This document shows positions 9,951 through 20,633 of a stretch of 64,000 bases of DNA, piece after piece. Position numbers and translations under genes: made by a program. Source of the DNA: an uncultured bacterium (GTDB lineage: Bacteria > Planctomycetota > UBA1135 > GCA-002686595); NCBI GenBank assembly GCA_943787795.1, contig CALSNU010000001.1:1312001-1376000 (forward strand), written 5' to 3'. Within the stretch, counting starts at the first letter, position 1. Every line of letters begins with the position of its first letter. The notes below the pieces were generated by a model that saw only the letters and a list, made by a program, of their open reading frames with translations, was not told where the DNA came from and searched no databases.

Positions 9951-10040
9951 TCACTCTGCTGCCTCTGGGCGGCACCCCAAGAACACACCAAGACGTCCAC
10001 CACGACACCCGCCCTCGCGACTGGCCAGGGCAAACCAACC

Positions 10041-11609
10041 ATGGATCTCCGACCCGCCGAAGTGACCTCGATCCTCGAGAAGGAAATTGAGGAGTTCAGC
10101 CAGGACAGTGGCATGCAGAGCGTGGGCACCGTGCTCAGCGTCGGTGACGGCGTCGCCCGCGTGTACGGTCTCGACGACTGCGTCATGAACGAGCTCCTCG
10201 AGTTCGAGGGCGGCGTCCGCGGCGTCGCGCTCAACCTCGAGGAGGACAACGTCGGCTGCGTGCTCCTGGGCTCCGCCACGGAGGTCAAGGAAGGCCAGCA
10301 GGTGAAGGGCACCGGGCGGATCATCTCCGTGCCGACGGGCGACAAGCTCCTCGGACGCGTGGTGAACGCGCTGGGCGACCCGGTCGACGGCAAGGGGCCG
10401 CTGGGGACCAGCGACGCTGACCTCCGGCCCATCGAGCAGGACGCCCCCTCCGTGGTGGAGCGTCAGCCGGTGGACCAGCCGCTGCAGACGGGCATCAAGG
10501 CCATCGACGCCATGATCCCGATCGGCCGCGGCCAGCGCGAGCTCATCATCGGCGACCGCCAGACGGGCAAGACCGCGCTCCTCGTGGACACAATCCTGTC
10601 GCAGCGGACCACCGGCGGCGGTGACCCGACCAACCCCGAGCAGGTCATCTGCATCTACGTGGCGGTCGGGCAGAAGCAGTCCACGGTGGTCGACATCGTG
10701 CGTCGCCTCGAGTCCGAGGACGCCATGAAGTACACGATCGTGGTCAGCGCGTCCGCGATCGACGAGGCCTCCATGCAGTACCTCGCGTGCTACGGGGGCT
10801 GCGCCATGGGCGAGCGGTTCCGCGACGAGGGCCGCCATGTCGTCATCTTCTACGACGACCTCTACAAGCAGGCATTGGCCTACCGCCAGGTCATGCTGCT
10901 GCTCCGCCGCCCGCCGGGCCGCGAGGCGTTCCCGGGCGACGTGTTCAACCTGCACAGCCGCCTCCTCGAGCGCGCGGCGAAGCTCGCGGACAATGCTCCT
11001 GAGATCAACCCGCGCTTCTCCGCCGGCGGTGGCACGCTCACTGCGCTGCCCGTTGTGGAGACCCAGGAGGGTGACGTTTCGGCATACATCCCGACCAACG
11101 TCATCTCGATCACCGACGGCCAGATCTTCCTCGAGGGCAACCTCTTCAACGCTGGCATCCGCCCCGCGGTGAACGCCGGCATCTCGGTGTCGCGGGTTGG
11201 CGGTGCGGCGCAGATCCCGCCCATGAAGAAGACGGCTGGTTCTCTCCGGCTCGACCTCGCCCAGTTCCGTGAGCTGCAGGCTTTCGCCCAGTTTGGGTCG
11301 GACCTGGACAAGGCCACGCAGGCCAAGCTGACCCGGGGTGAGCGTCTGGTGGAGGTCCTGAAGCAGGGCCAGTACCGCCCGGTCGAGGTCGCCAACCAGG
11401 TCATGATCATCTACGCGGGAACCTCTGGTGCCCTCGACGGTATCCCGGCCAACAAGGTCGGCGAGTTCGAGGCGCAGTACCTCGACTACGTGAACGACAC
11501 GCACCCCGAGGTCGCCCAGCAGATCCGGGACGCGAAGAAGGACATCCCGGCAGAGGTCAAGTCGATCCTCGACGAGGCGGCCAAGACGGTCGCCGCGCAG
11601 ATCGCCTGA
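10041..11609 (+). CDS. atpA: ATP synthase F1 subunit alpha
   Basis: [45 protein letters not shown]. Confidence 0.99.
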   Translation: MDLRPAEVTSILEKEIEEFSQDSGMQSVGTVLSVGDGVARVYGLDDCVMNELLEFEGGVRGVALNLEEDNVGCVLLGSATEVKEGQQVKGTGRIISVPTGDKLLGRVVNALGDPVDGKGPLGTSDADLRPIEQDAPSVVERQPVDQPLQTGIKAIDAMIPIGRGQRELIIGDRQTGKTALLVDTILSQRTTGGGDPTNPEQVICIYVAVGQKQSTVVDIVRRLESEDAMKYTIVVSASAIDEASMQYLACYGGCAMGERFRDEGRHVVIFYDDLYKQALAYRQVMLLLRRPPGREAFPGDVFNLHSRLLERAAKLADNAPEINPRFSAGGGTLTALPVVETQEGDVSAYIPTNVISITDGQIFLEGNLFNAGIRPAVNAGISVSRVGGAAQIPPMKKTAGSLRLDLAQFRELQAFAQFGSDLDKATQAKLTRGERLVEVLKQGQYRPVEVANQVMIIYAGTSGALDGIPANKVGEFEAQYLDYVNDTHPEVAQQIRDAKKDIPAEVKSILDEAAKTVAAQIA

Positions 11610-11653
11610 TCACTCCACTCCGCAGCTCCTCCGAAACCACTTCGAGATAGCGC

Positions 11654-14054
<2,401 letters not shown>

Positions 14055-14094
14055 GCCCGTCGCTTCGCTCCCAACCACCTCTCCCAAGAGAAGC

Positions 14095-14517
14095 ATGGCA
14101 GGCCCCATCTCACTCCGCGTTATCACGCCCGAAGCTGTCGCCCTCGACACGACGTGCTCCTCCATCAGCTTCCCGACGACCGACGGGTCGGTGGGGGTGC
14201 TGAAGGGGCACGCTCCGATGGTCGCGGCCCTCGGTGTCGGCGAACTCCTGATCCGTGGTGACGCCGCTGACAACGCGATGTTCATCGCGGGCGGGTTCGC
14301 TGAGGTTCGCGACAACGTGGTTCGCGTCGTGACCGACGTCTCCGAGCCGCCCACCGAGATCGACGTGGAGCGCGCCTCGAGGGCCGCCGAACGCGCTCGC
14401 GCGCGGCTCGAGACCAGCGAGTCGGTGGAGGGCGAGCACCTTGACGTGCTCCGCGCCCGCGCGTCGCTGTCCCGCGCGATCATGCGTCAGCAGATCGCGA
14501 CCAAGTACCGCCGCTGA
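14095..14517 (+). CDS. atpC: ATP synthase F1 subunit epsilon
   Basis: LRVITPE, GSVGVLKGHAP, IAGGFAEV, EIDVERA; ATG at 14095. Confidence 0.96.
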   Translation: MAGPISLRVITPEAVALDTTCSSISFPTTDGSVGVLKGHAPMVAALGVGELLIRGDAADNAMFIAGGFAEVRDNVVRVVTDVSEPPTEIDVERASRAAERARARLETSESVEGEHLDVLRARASLSRAIMRQQIATKYRR

Positions 14518-16346
14518 TGTCGGGCGCCAACGAGCGGGCCGGCTGGCAGCGAACCCACACCTGCGGCGAGCTCCGGGAGGAGCACGCCGGATCGACGTCC
14601 GTCCTCAACGGCTGGGTCGCGAGCCGCCGCAACCTGGGCGGGATCTACTTCATCGACGTCCGGGATCGCTACGGCGTGACCCAGGTCGTGCTGCCCGAGG
14701 ACCTCGACGCGTCGGCCAAATTGGCGCGGGAGGACTGCATCTCGGTGACCGGGGAGGTCACCCTGCGTGAGGCGCCCAACGATCGCATGCCCACGGGTAT
14801 GGTGGAGCTGCGGGCGGCGTCGGTGGAGAAGCTCTCGGCCTCGAAGACCCCGCCATTCGAGATCGAGGAGAACCTCGACACCTCGGTGGAGCTGCGGCTC
14901 AAGCACCGCTACCTCGACCTCCGGCGCCCCGACATGCAGCGGGCGCTGATGCACCGCAGCCGCTTCATCGGCGCGATGCGCGCGGCCTTCCTGGCCCGCG
15001 AGTTTGCCGAGGTGGAGACGCCGATTCTGACCAAGGCGACGCCCGAAGGCGCTCGGGACTACCTGGTCCCCAGCCGCGTCCACCCCGGCGACTTCTACGC
15101 GCTCCCCCAGAGCCCGCAGATCTTCAAGCAGATCCTGATGGTCTCGGGCATGGACCGCTACTTCCAGGTGGCGCGCTGCTTCCGCGACGAGGACCTGCGC
15201 GCGGACCGCCAGCCGGAGTTCACCCAGCTCGACATGGAGATGTCCTTTGTCGAGGAGGAGGACGTCTACGCCGCATGGGAGGGGGTCCTGGCGGACACCT
15301 TCAAGGGGTCCATGGGGGTGGAGCTGCCGACGCCGTTCCCGCGGGTGACCTGGCGAGAAGCCATGGAGCGCTTCGGGTCGGACAAGCCGGACACGCGCTT
15401 CGCCATGGAGCTCGTCGACGTGGCCGAGTGGGTCGGCGTCAGCGGCTTCGGGGTCTTCGAGAAGATGATCGCCGATGGCAAGCGCGTGATGGCGATCGCC
15501 GTCCCGGGCGGCGGTGAGGCCGTCTCCCGCGGCAACATGAAGAAGCTCGAGGAGGTCGCCAAGACCTATGGCGCCAAAGGCCTCGCGTGGTGGAAGCCCG
15601 GGGTCGAGGGCGGCGCCGGCGGCTCCATCGTGAAGTTCTGCCAGGGCGACTCGGGGGCCAAGCTCTGCGAGGTCACCGGCGCTGCTGAGGGCGACCTGGT
15701 CCTGCTGGTGGGGGACGTCGAGTCCACCACCTGGCGCTCCCTCGGCGCCCTGCGCCTGCACGTGGCCCGCGAGCTCGGGATGATTCCCGGGGTCGACGGC
15801 GCGGACGCAGGCTCCACGGGCCCCTGGAACTTCCTGTGGGTCACGGAATTCCCCATGTTCGAGCGTGACGAGGAGCCCGCGGACGGCGGCCCGCCGCGCT
15901 GGGTCTCCCTGCACCACCCCTTCACGGCGCCCGCCGACTGGGACATGCCCGGGGACCCCGGCTCCATGGGGAGCCGCGCCTACGACCTGGTCCTGAACGG
16001 ATGGGAGCTCGGCTCCGGTTCCATTCGGATCCACCGCCAGGCGACCCAGGAGAAGGTCTTTGACCTGCTCGGCCTCGACGAGGCCCAGCAGCAGGCCAAG
16101 TTCGGCTTCCTGTTGGACGCGCTCTCCTACGGCCCCCCGCCCCACGGCGGCTTCGCGGTCGGTCTGGATCGGATCGTGGCCCTGACCCTGGGCATGGAGT
16201 CGATCCGCGATGTGGTCGCCTTCCCCAAGACGGCCTCCGCCACCGATTTGATGTGCGACGCCCCGAGCAGCGTCGAGCCCCATCAGATGGGGGACCTCTA
16301 CATTCGTCACGACGGCCTGCCCTCAGCGGGCGGATCCGACTCTTGA
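14517..16346 (+). CDS. aspS: Aspartate--tRNA ligase
   Basis: RTHTCGELR, TPEGARDYLVPSR, LPQSPQIFKQ, FRDEDLRADRQPEFTQLD, PPHGGFAVGLDR. Confidence 0.98.
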   Translation: MSGANERAGWQRTHTCGELREEHAGSTSVLNGWVASRRNLGGIYFIDVRDRYGVTQVVLPEDLDASAKLAREDCISVTGEVTLREAPNDRMPTGMVELRAASVEKLSASKTPPFEIEENLDTSVELRLKHRYLDLRRPDMQRALMHRSRFIGAMRAAFLAREFAEVETPILTKATPEGARDYLVPSRVHPGDFYALPQSPQIFKQILMVSGMDRYFQVARCFRDEDLRADRQPEFTQLDMEMSFVEEEDVYAAWEGVLADTFKGSMGVELPTPFPRVTWREAMERFGSDKPDTRFAMELVDVAEWVGVSGFGVFEKMIADGKRVMAIAVPGGGEAVSRGNMKKLEEVAKTYGAKGLAWWKPGVEGGAGGSIVKFCQGDSGAKLCEVTGAAEGDLVLLVGDVESTTWRSLGALRLHVARELGMIPGVDGADAGSTGPWNFLWVTEFPMFERDEEPADGGPPRWVSLHHPFTAPADWDMPGDPGSMGSRAYDLVLNGWELGSGSIRIHRQATQEKVFDLLGLDEAQQQAKFGFLLDALSYGPPPHGGFAVGLDRIVALTLGMESIRDVVAFPKTASATDLMCDAPSSVEPHQMGDLYIRHDGLPSAGGSDS

Positions 16347-16593
16347 GCCGCGCCCACGGGCCGGCTGAGGTGGTCGATCGAGGCAGCCCCCGGGGCGCCT
16401 CGGCGGCCCATGAACGGGCCACCGGCCCGGCCGCCCTTCGGCGGCATTTGCCCGCAGCCTGCAATCCTTGCGGGTCTTCGCGGGACTCGTCTATGGCCGG
16501 ATGGCAGCATCCGGACTATCGTCTTTGAACCTTCCTGGTCGCGGCCGCTCGAGGTGAGCTGCCGGGCCCCACGCAACCCGAAGAGGAAACTAC

Positions 16594-17202
16594 TTGGCCG
16601 TCCAGAGCTTTCGACGCAACCGCCGCATCCGCGTTCCTGAGGTCCGCTTGATCGATGAGAACGGTGACCAGGCTGGCGTCGTATCCACAAAGGACGCGCT
16701 GCAGCGCGCCCAGGAGGCGGGGCTCGACCTCGTCGAGGTCGCGCCCACGGCTCGTCCACCGGTCTGCAAGATCCTCGACTGGGGCAAGTTCAACTACGAG
16801 CAATCGAAGAAGAACAAGCGCGACAAGGGGAGCTCGAAGGGCAAGTCTGGCCTGAAGGAGCTGCGCGTGCGCCCGGCGATCTCGGAGCACGACCTGTCGT
16901 ACCGACTGACGGACGGGCGCAAGTTCCTGGACGAGGGTCACAAGGTGCTCTGCGTCTGCATCTTCAAGGGGCGCCAGATGGCCCACCCCGAGCACGGCTA
17001 CGACGTGATGCGTCAGGTCGCCGCCGACCTGGTCGACATCTCCAAGGTCGAGATGCCGGCGAAGATGATGGGCCGACGCATGACCATGCTCCTCAGCCCG
17101 TTGCCCCTGACCCAGCGGCGCGCCGCTGCCAAGGAGCGAGAGCAGAAGAAGCGCGACGCCGAGATCGCCCGCGAGCGCGGCGAAGACGTCCCCGAGGCCT
17201 GA
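16594..17202 (+). CDS. infC: Translation initiation factor IF-3
   Basis: NRRIRVPEVRLID, GLDLVEVAP.ARPPVCKILDWGKF, KELRVRPAI; TTG start after GAGGA. Confidence 0.97.
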   Translation: MAVQSFRRNRRIRVPEVRLIDENGDQAGVVSTKDALQRAQEAGLDLVEVAPTARPPVCKILDWGKFNYEQSKKNKRDKGSSKGKSGLKELRVRPAISEHDLSYRLTDGRKFLDEGHKVLCVCIFKGRQMAHPEHGYDVMRQVAADLVDISKVEMPAKMMGRRMTMLLSPLPLTQRRAAAKEREQKKRDAEIARERGEDVPEA

Positions 17203-17507
17203 GTGCTGCGGGCGCCGCCTCGGTGTCCTCTCCATCGGGCCGCAGGGCCCTGGACTGACGGCATCCTTACGGGAGTCGCCGGCGAACCGCTTCTCGTACG
17301 GCTGCTGCCCCTAACGATGTCTCGAGGTCAGCCTGCGCGCTCCTTCGCGGCCCATCGGGCGGGGGTCTTCCCTGCCCCGGCGGTTGCGCCGACCGTCTGG
17401 GACCCTTGCGGATGCGGCCCCCGCCCCGTTCACTGTGAGTCTGATCCCGCGCCGCGCCTGGCCGGATCCCAACCCCCGGTCCACACGACCCCTTTCCAAC
17501 AATCCCC

Positions 17508-18428
17508 ATGCGAGCTCTCTTCACTGCGCTGATCGCCGCCTTCGCGATCTCCGCCGCCTTCGCGGCCTCGGTTTCAGTCGACTCGGTCAACAAGAAGTGC
17601 CCCATCAGCGACATGCCGGTGAAGGAGGGCGTCGTGGTCTCCACGGCCGACGGTGACATTGGGGTCTGCTGTGGCGGCTGCCAGAAGAAGGTCGCCGCTT
17701 GGGACGACTCCAAGAAGGCGAAGTTCGTGGCCAACGCCACCGCGTCGAAGTCGGACGACAGCGGCGCCAAGAAGGCCGCCAAGACCGGTGGCGACGCCAA
17801 GACCTGGTCCGAGCCCTACCTCCTCAGCACCTGCGCCGCCTCGGGCCGCCCGATCGACGTCAAGGGCACGCCCACGACGAAGGTGATCGACGGCCGTGAG
17901 CTGAAGTTCTGCTGCGGGGGCTGTGCCGCCGCCGTCGCGAAGGACCCCGCCAAGTGGCTCCCCAAGGTCGACAAGGCCATCACGGCACGTCAGATGGGGA
18001 TCTACCCGACCACGACCTGCATCGTCAGCGGTGAGCCGCTGATGGAGGACGGGAAGGACACCGGTGTCTCGATGGTCATCAACAACCGCCTCTTCCGCGT
18101 CTGCTGCAAGATGTGCGCGCGCAAGGTGACGGCGGATCCGGCCAAGTACGCGGCCAAGCTGGACGCCATGGCCATGAAGGGCCAGGCCAAGGCCTATCCC
18201 CTCAAGACCTGCGTGGTCGCGAGCACCAACGCCCTCGGAGACGCTCCGAAGCAGATGATGGTGGGCGGCCGCCTCGTGCAGACCTGCTGCGGCGGTTGCG
18301 CGAAGAAGGTGGAGGCGAACCCCGCCAAGTACGTCGCCATCGTGGACGCGGCCTGGGCCAAGACCAAGGCCGTCTCGGCCGCGGACGGCGCAGCGAAGAA
18401 GGCCGGCAAGACCGACGCTGACGGCTGA
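17508..18428 (+). CDS. Secreted Cys-rich protein with four YHS/TRASH-like (C...CCxxC) repeats
   Basis: Signal peptide; repeats CPIS..VCCGGC, CAAS..FCCGGC, CIVS..VCCKMC, CVVA..TCCGGC; codon pattern resembles neighbouring highly expressed genes. Confidence 0.85.
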   Translation: MRALFTALIAAFAISAAFAASVSVDSVNKKCPISDMPVKEGVVVSTADGDIGVCCGGCQKKVAAWDDSKKAKFVANATASKSDDSGAKKAAKTGGDAKTWSEPYLLSTCAASGRPIDVKGTPTTKVIDGRELKFCCGGCAAAVAKDPAKWLPKVDKAITARQMGIYPTTTCIVSGEPLMEDGKDTGVSMVINNRLFRVCCKMCARKVTADPAKYAAKLDAMAMKGQAKAYPLKTCVVASTNALGDAPKQMMVGGRLVQTCCGGCAKKVEANPAKYVAIVDAAWAKTKAVSAADGAAKKAGKTDADG

Positions 18429-18523
18429 GCTACTGGCTGAGCCCCGGCTGACCCCCCGGCTGACCCCCCGGCTGACCCCCCCGGCTGACCCCCCAGCTGA
18501 ACCCCCAGCTGAACCCTTAGCTG
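18423..18523. repeat. About 12-bp tandem repeat (RGCTGA + C-run), about 8.5 copies
   Basis: ggctgagctact, ggctgagcccc, ggctgacccccc x4 (one with C7), agctgaaccccc, agctgaaccctt, agctg; the first unit contains the gene's TGA stop. Confidence 0.95.
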
Positions 18524-18767
18524 GGCCTCCGGCTCAACGCACGGCAGAGCCTTCGGCCTGGCGCCACTGGGTCCTGCCGCGCGGCAGGCCCGGCGGCTGG
18601 CTCAGCACCGGCCCCGAGCCCCGCCCTCCGCAAGCCCTCGCTCCGGCTTCCAGCGCCCTGCGATGCCCCCCTCGGGGGCCCGCGGGGCGCTCTCGTGGGG
18701 GCCTGGGCCGGTGTGGGGGGGCCGCCCAGGGTCCAAGGGATTCGGGGTGGTCCCCGTGCGGGCCCCT

Positions 18768-18776
18768 CGCTATCCT
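18768..18776 (+). promoter_or_regulatory. Candidate -10 element (CGCTATCCT) for rpmI-rplT
   Basis: TATCCT matches the atp promoter -10; the 9-mer is shared with the ndk upstream region. Confidence 0.4.
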
Positions 18777-18897
18777 CTCCGGCTCAGAAGTTCGAGCCGT
18801 CCGTCGGCTCGGCCCCCGCGAGTGGCGAGGCACCGCCTATGACCGGGGTTTCCAGGCCGGCTCCTCATTCGAGGAGCCCCGACCGAGGACAAGTATC

Positions 18898-19095
18898 GTG
18901 CCGAAGATGAAATCAAAGGGAGCCGTCAAGAAGCGGTTCCGCACGACCAAGTCGGGCAAGCTCAAGTGCAGCAAGCCCAAGCGTGGTCACCAGCACGCCC
19001 CCAAGGACGCGAAGACCAAGCGCAACAAGCGCAAGGCGATCGTGGTCAGCGGGACCTGGGCGTACCTCCTGAAGCGCATGATGGGAGGTGGCTGA
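18898..19095 (+). CDS. rpmI: 50S ribosomal protein L35
   Basis: PKMKSKGAVKKRFRTTKSGKLK; lies before rplT. Confidence 0.96.
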   Translation: MPKMKSKGAVKKRFRTTKSGKLKCSKPKRGHQHAPKDAKTKRNKRKAIVVSGTWAYLLKRMMGGG

Positions 19096-19098
19096 TCC

Positions 19099-19455
19099 AT
19101 GGTACGTGTCACCTATGGCGCCCCGCGCCACAAGAAGAAGGTCCGCTGGTTCAAGCAGGCCAAGGGCTACCGCGGCGGCCGCTCCAAGCTCTGGCGCACC
19201 GTCCGTGAGTCGGTCGTCCGCGCGTGGGCTTATAGCTACCGCGACCGTCGCCAGAAGAAGCGCCAGTTCCGCCGGCTCTGGATCGTCCGCATCAACGCGG
19301 CGACCCGCATGCGCGGAATGACTTACAGCCAGTTCATCGCTGGCATGAAGGGCGCAGGCATCGACCTCAACCGCAAGCAGCTCTCCGAGCTCGCGATCCA
19401 CGATCCGGCGGCGTTCGACGCCCTGGTCGAGGAGGCCAAGGCCGTCCGCTCGTGA
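19099..19455 (+). CDS. rplT: 50S ribosomal protein L20
   Basis: [43 protein letters not shown]. Confidence 0.98.
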   Translation: MVRVTYGAPRHKKKVRWFKQAKGYRGGRSKLWRTVRESVVRAWAYSYRDRRQKKRQFRRLWIVRINAATRMRGMTYSQFIAGMKGAGIDLNRKQLSELAIHDPAAFDALVEEAKAVRS

Positions 19456-19577
19456 CGACCTTGCTGCGCTGAACGCACCGGGCCGCCTCCGACGTTCCTC
19501 GTCGGTGGCGGCCCGCTGTCTAACCTCCATCTCCCACAAGCCCCGCCCTCTCCTGCCGAGCTCCCGGTGGGACCGCC

Positions 19578-20606
19578 GTGACAGACACCACTACCATCCT
19601 CGCCGAGACCCGAGCGCGTATCGCCGACGCTCCGGACGTGGAGGCCCTGCGCGCCATCGAGCGAGAGGTCGTCGGCAAGGACGGCGTCGTGGCCTCGCTG
19701 CTCAAGTCGATCCCCGGGCTTCCGCCCGAGGAGCGCAAGGGCGCCGGCCAGAGCGCCAACGAGCTGAAGCAGGCGGTCCTCGCCTCGATCGAGGAGCGCG
19801 AAGCGAGCCTCGGCAGCGCGGCGCTCGAGGCCGAACGACGGGCGGACGGCTTCGACGGGACGCTGCCGCCACCGCGGGTCGAGCGAGGCTCCCTGCACCC
19901 GGTGACCCAGGTCACCCGAGAGCTCGAGGACCTGTTCACGTCCATGGGCTACATGGTCCTCGACGGGCCCGAGGTCGAGCTCGACGACTACAACTTCGAG
20001 AAGCTCAACATCCCCGCCGATCACCCGGCGCGAGACACCCAGGACACCTTCTACTGCTCCAGCCCCGGCTCCAGCGCGAGCCTGCTGCTGCGGACCCACA
20101 CCAGCCCCGTCCAGGTGCGCGCCATGGAGCGGCTCGAGCCGCCCTTCCGCGCGATCGTCCCGGGGAAGGTCTTCAGGCAGGAGACGACGGACGCGAGCCA
20201 CGAGCACACCTTCCACCAGATGGAGGGGCTGGTCATCGGTCGCAACGTCTCGGTCGGGCACCTGATCGGAGCCATGAAGACCCTGCTGCGCGGCATCTTC
20301 AAGAAGGAGATCGAGGTGCGCCTGCGCCCCGGCTACTTCCCCTTCGTCGAGCCGGGCTTTGAGCTCGACGCGCGCTGCCCCTTCTGCACCGACGGCTGCA
20401 GCGTCTGCAAGCGCACCACATGGATCGAGCTGCTGCCCTGCGGCCTCGTGCACCCGAACGTGCTCAAGGCGGGGGGCCTCGATCCCGAGGAGTGGGGCGG
20501 CTTCGCCTTCGGCCTCGGGCTCTCCCGCCTCGTGATGCTGCGCTACGGCATCGATGACGTCCGCCACCTGCTGGGCGGAGACCTCCGCTTCCTCGACCAG
20601 TTCTGA
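19578..20606 (+). CDS. pheS: Phenylalanine--tRNA ligase alpha subunit
   Basis: HPARDTQDTFY, LLRTHTSPVQ, FHQMEGL, YFPFVEP, GFAFGLG. Confidence 0.98.
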   Translation: MTDTTTILAETRARIADAPDVEALRAIEREVVGKDGVVASLLKSIPGLPPEERKGAGQSANELKQAVLASIEEREASLGSAALEAERRADGFDGTLPPPRVERGSLHPVTQVTRELEDLFTSMGYMVLDGPEVELDDYNFEKLNIPADHPARDTQDTFYCSSPGSSASLLLRTHTSPVQVRAMERLEPPFRAIVPGKVFRQETTDASHEHTFHQMEGLVIGRNVSVGHLIGAMKTLLRGIFKKEIEVRLRPGYFPFVEPGFELDARCPFCTDGCSVCKRTTWIELLPCGLVHPNVLKAGGLDPEEWGGFAFGLGLSRLVMLRYGIDDVRHLLGGDLRFLDQF

Positions 20607-20633
20607 TCCGGCCCCAAGAAGGAGACCTCACCG

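Noticed and set aside
18423..18523. Repeat array as a CRISPR
   Set aside because: Units are 11-13 bp and contiguous, with no unique spacers and no cas genes
20376..20412. CPFC..GCSVC motif in PheS as a novelty
   Set aside because: This Cys cluster is common in bacterial PheS proteins
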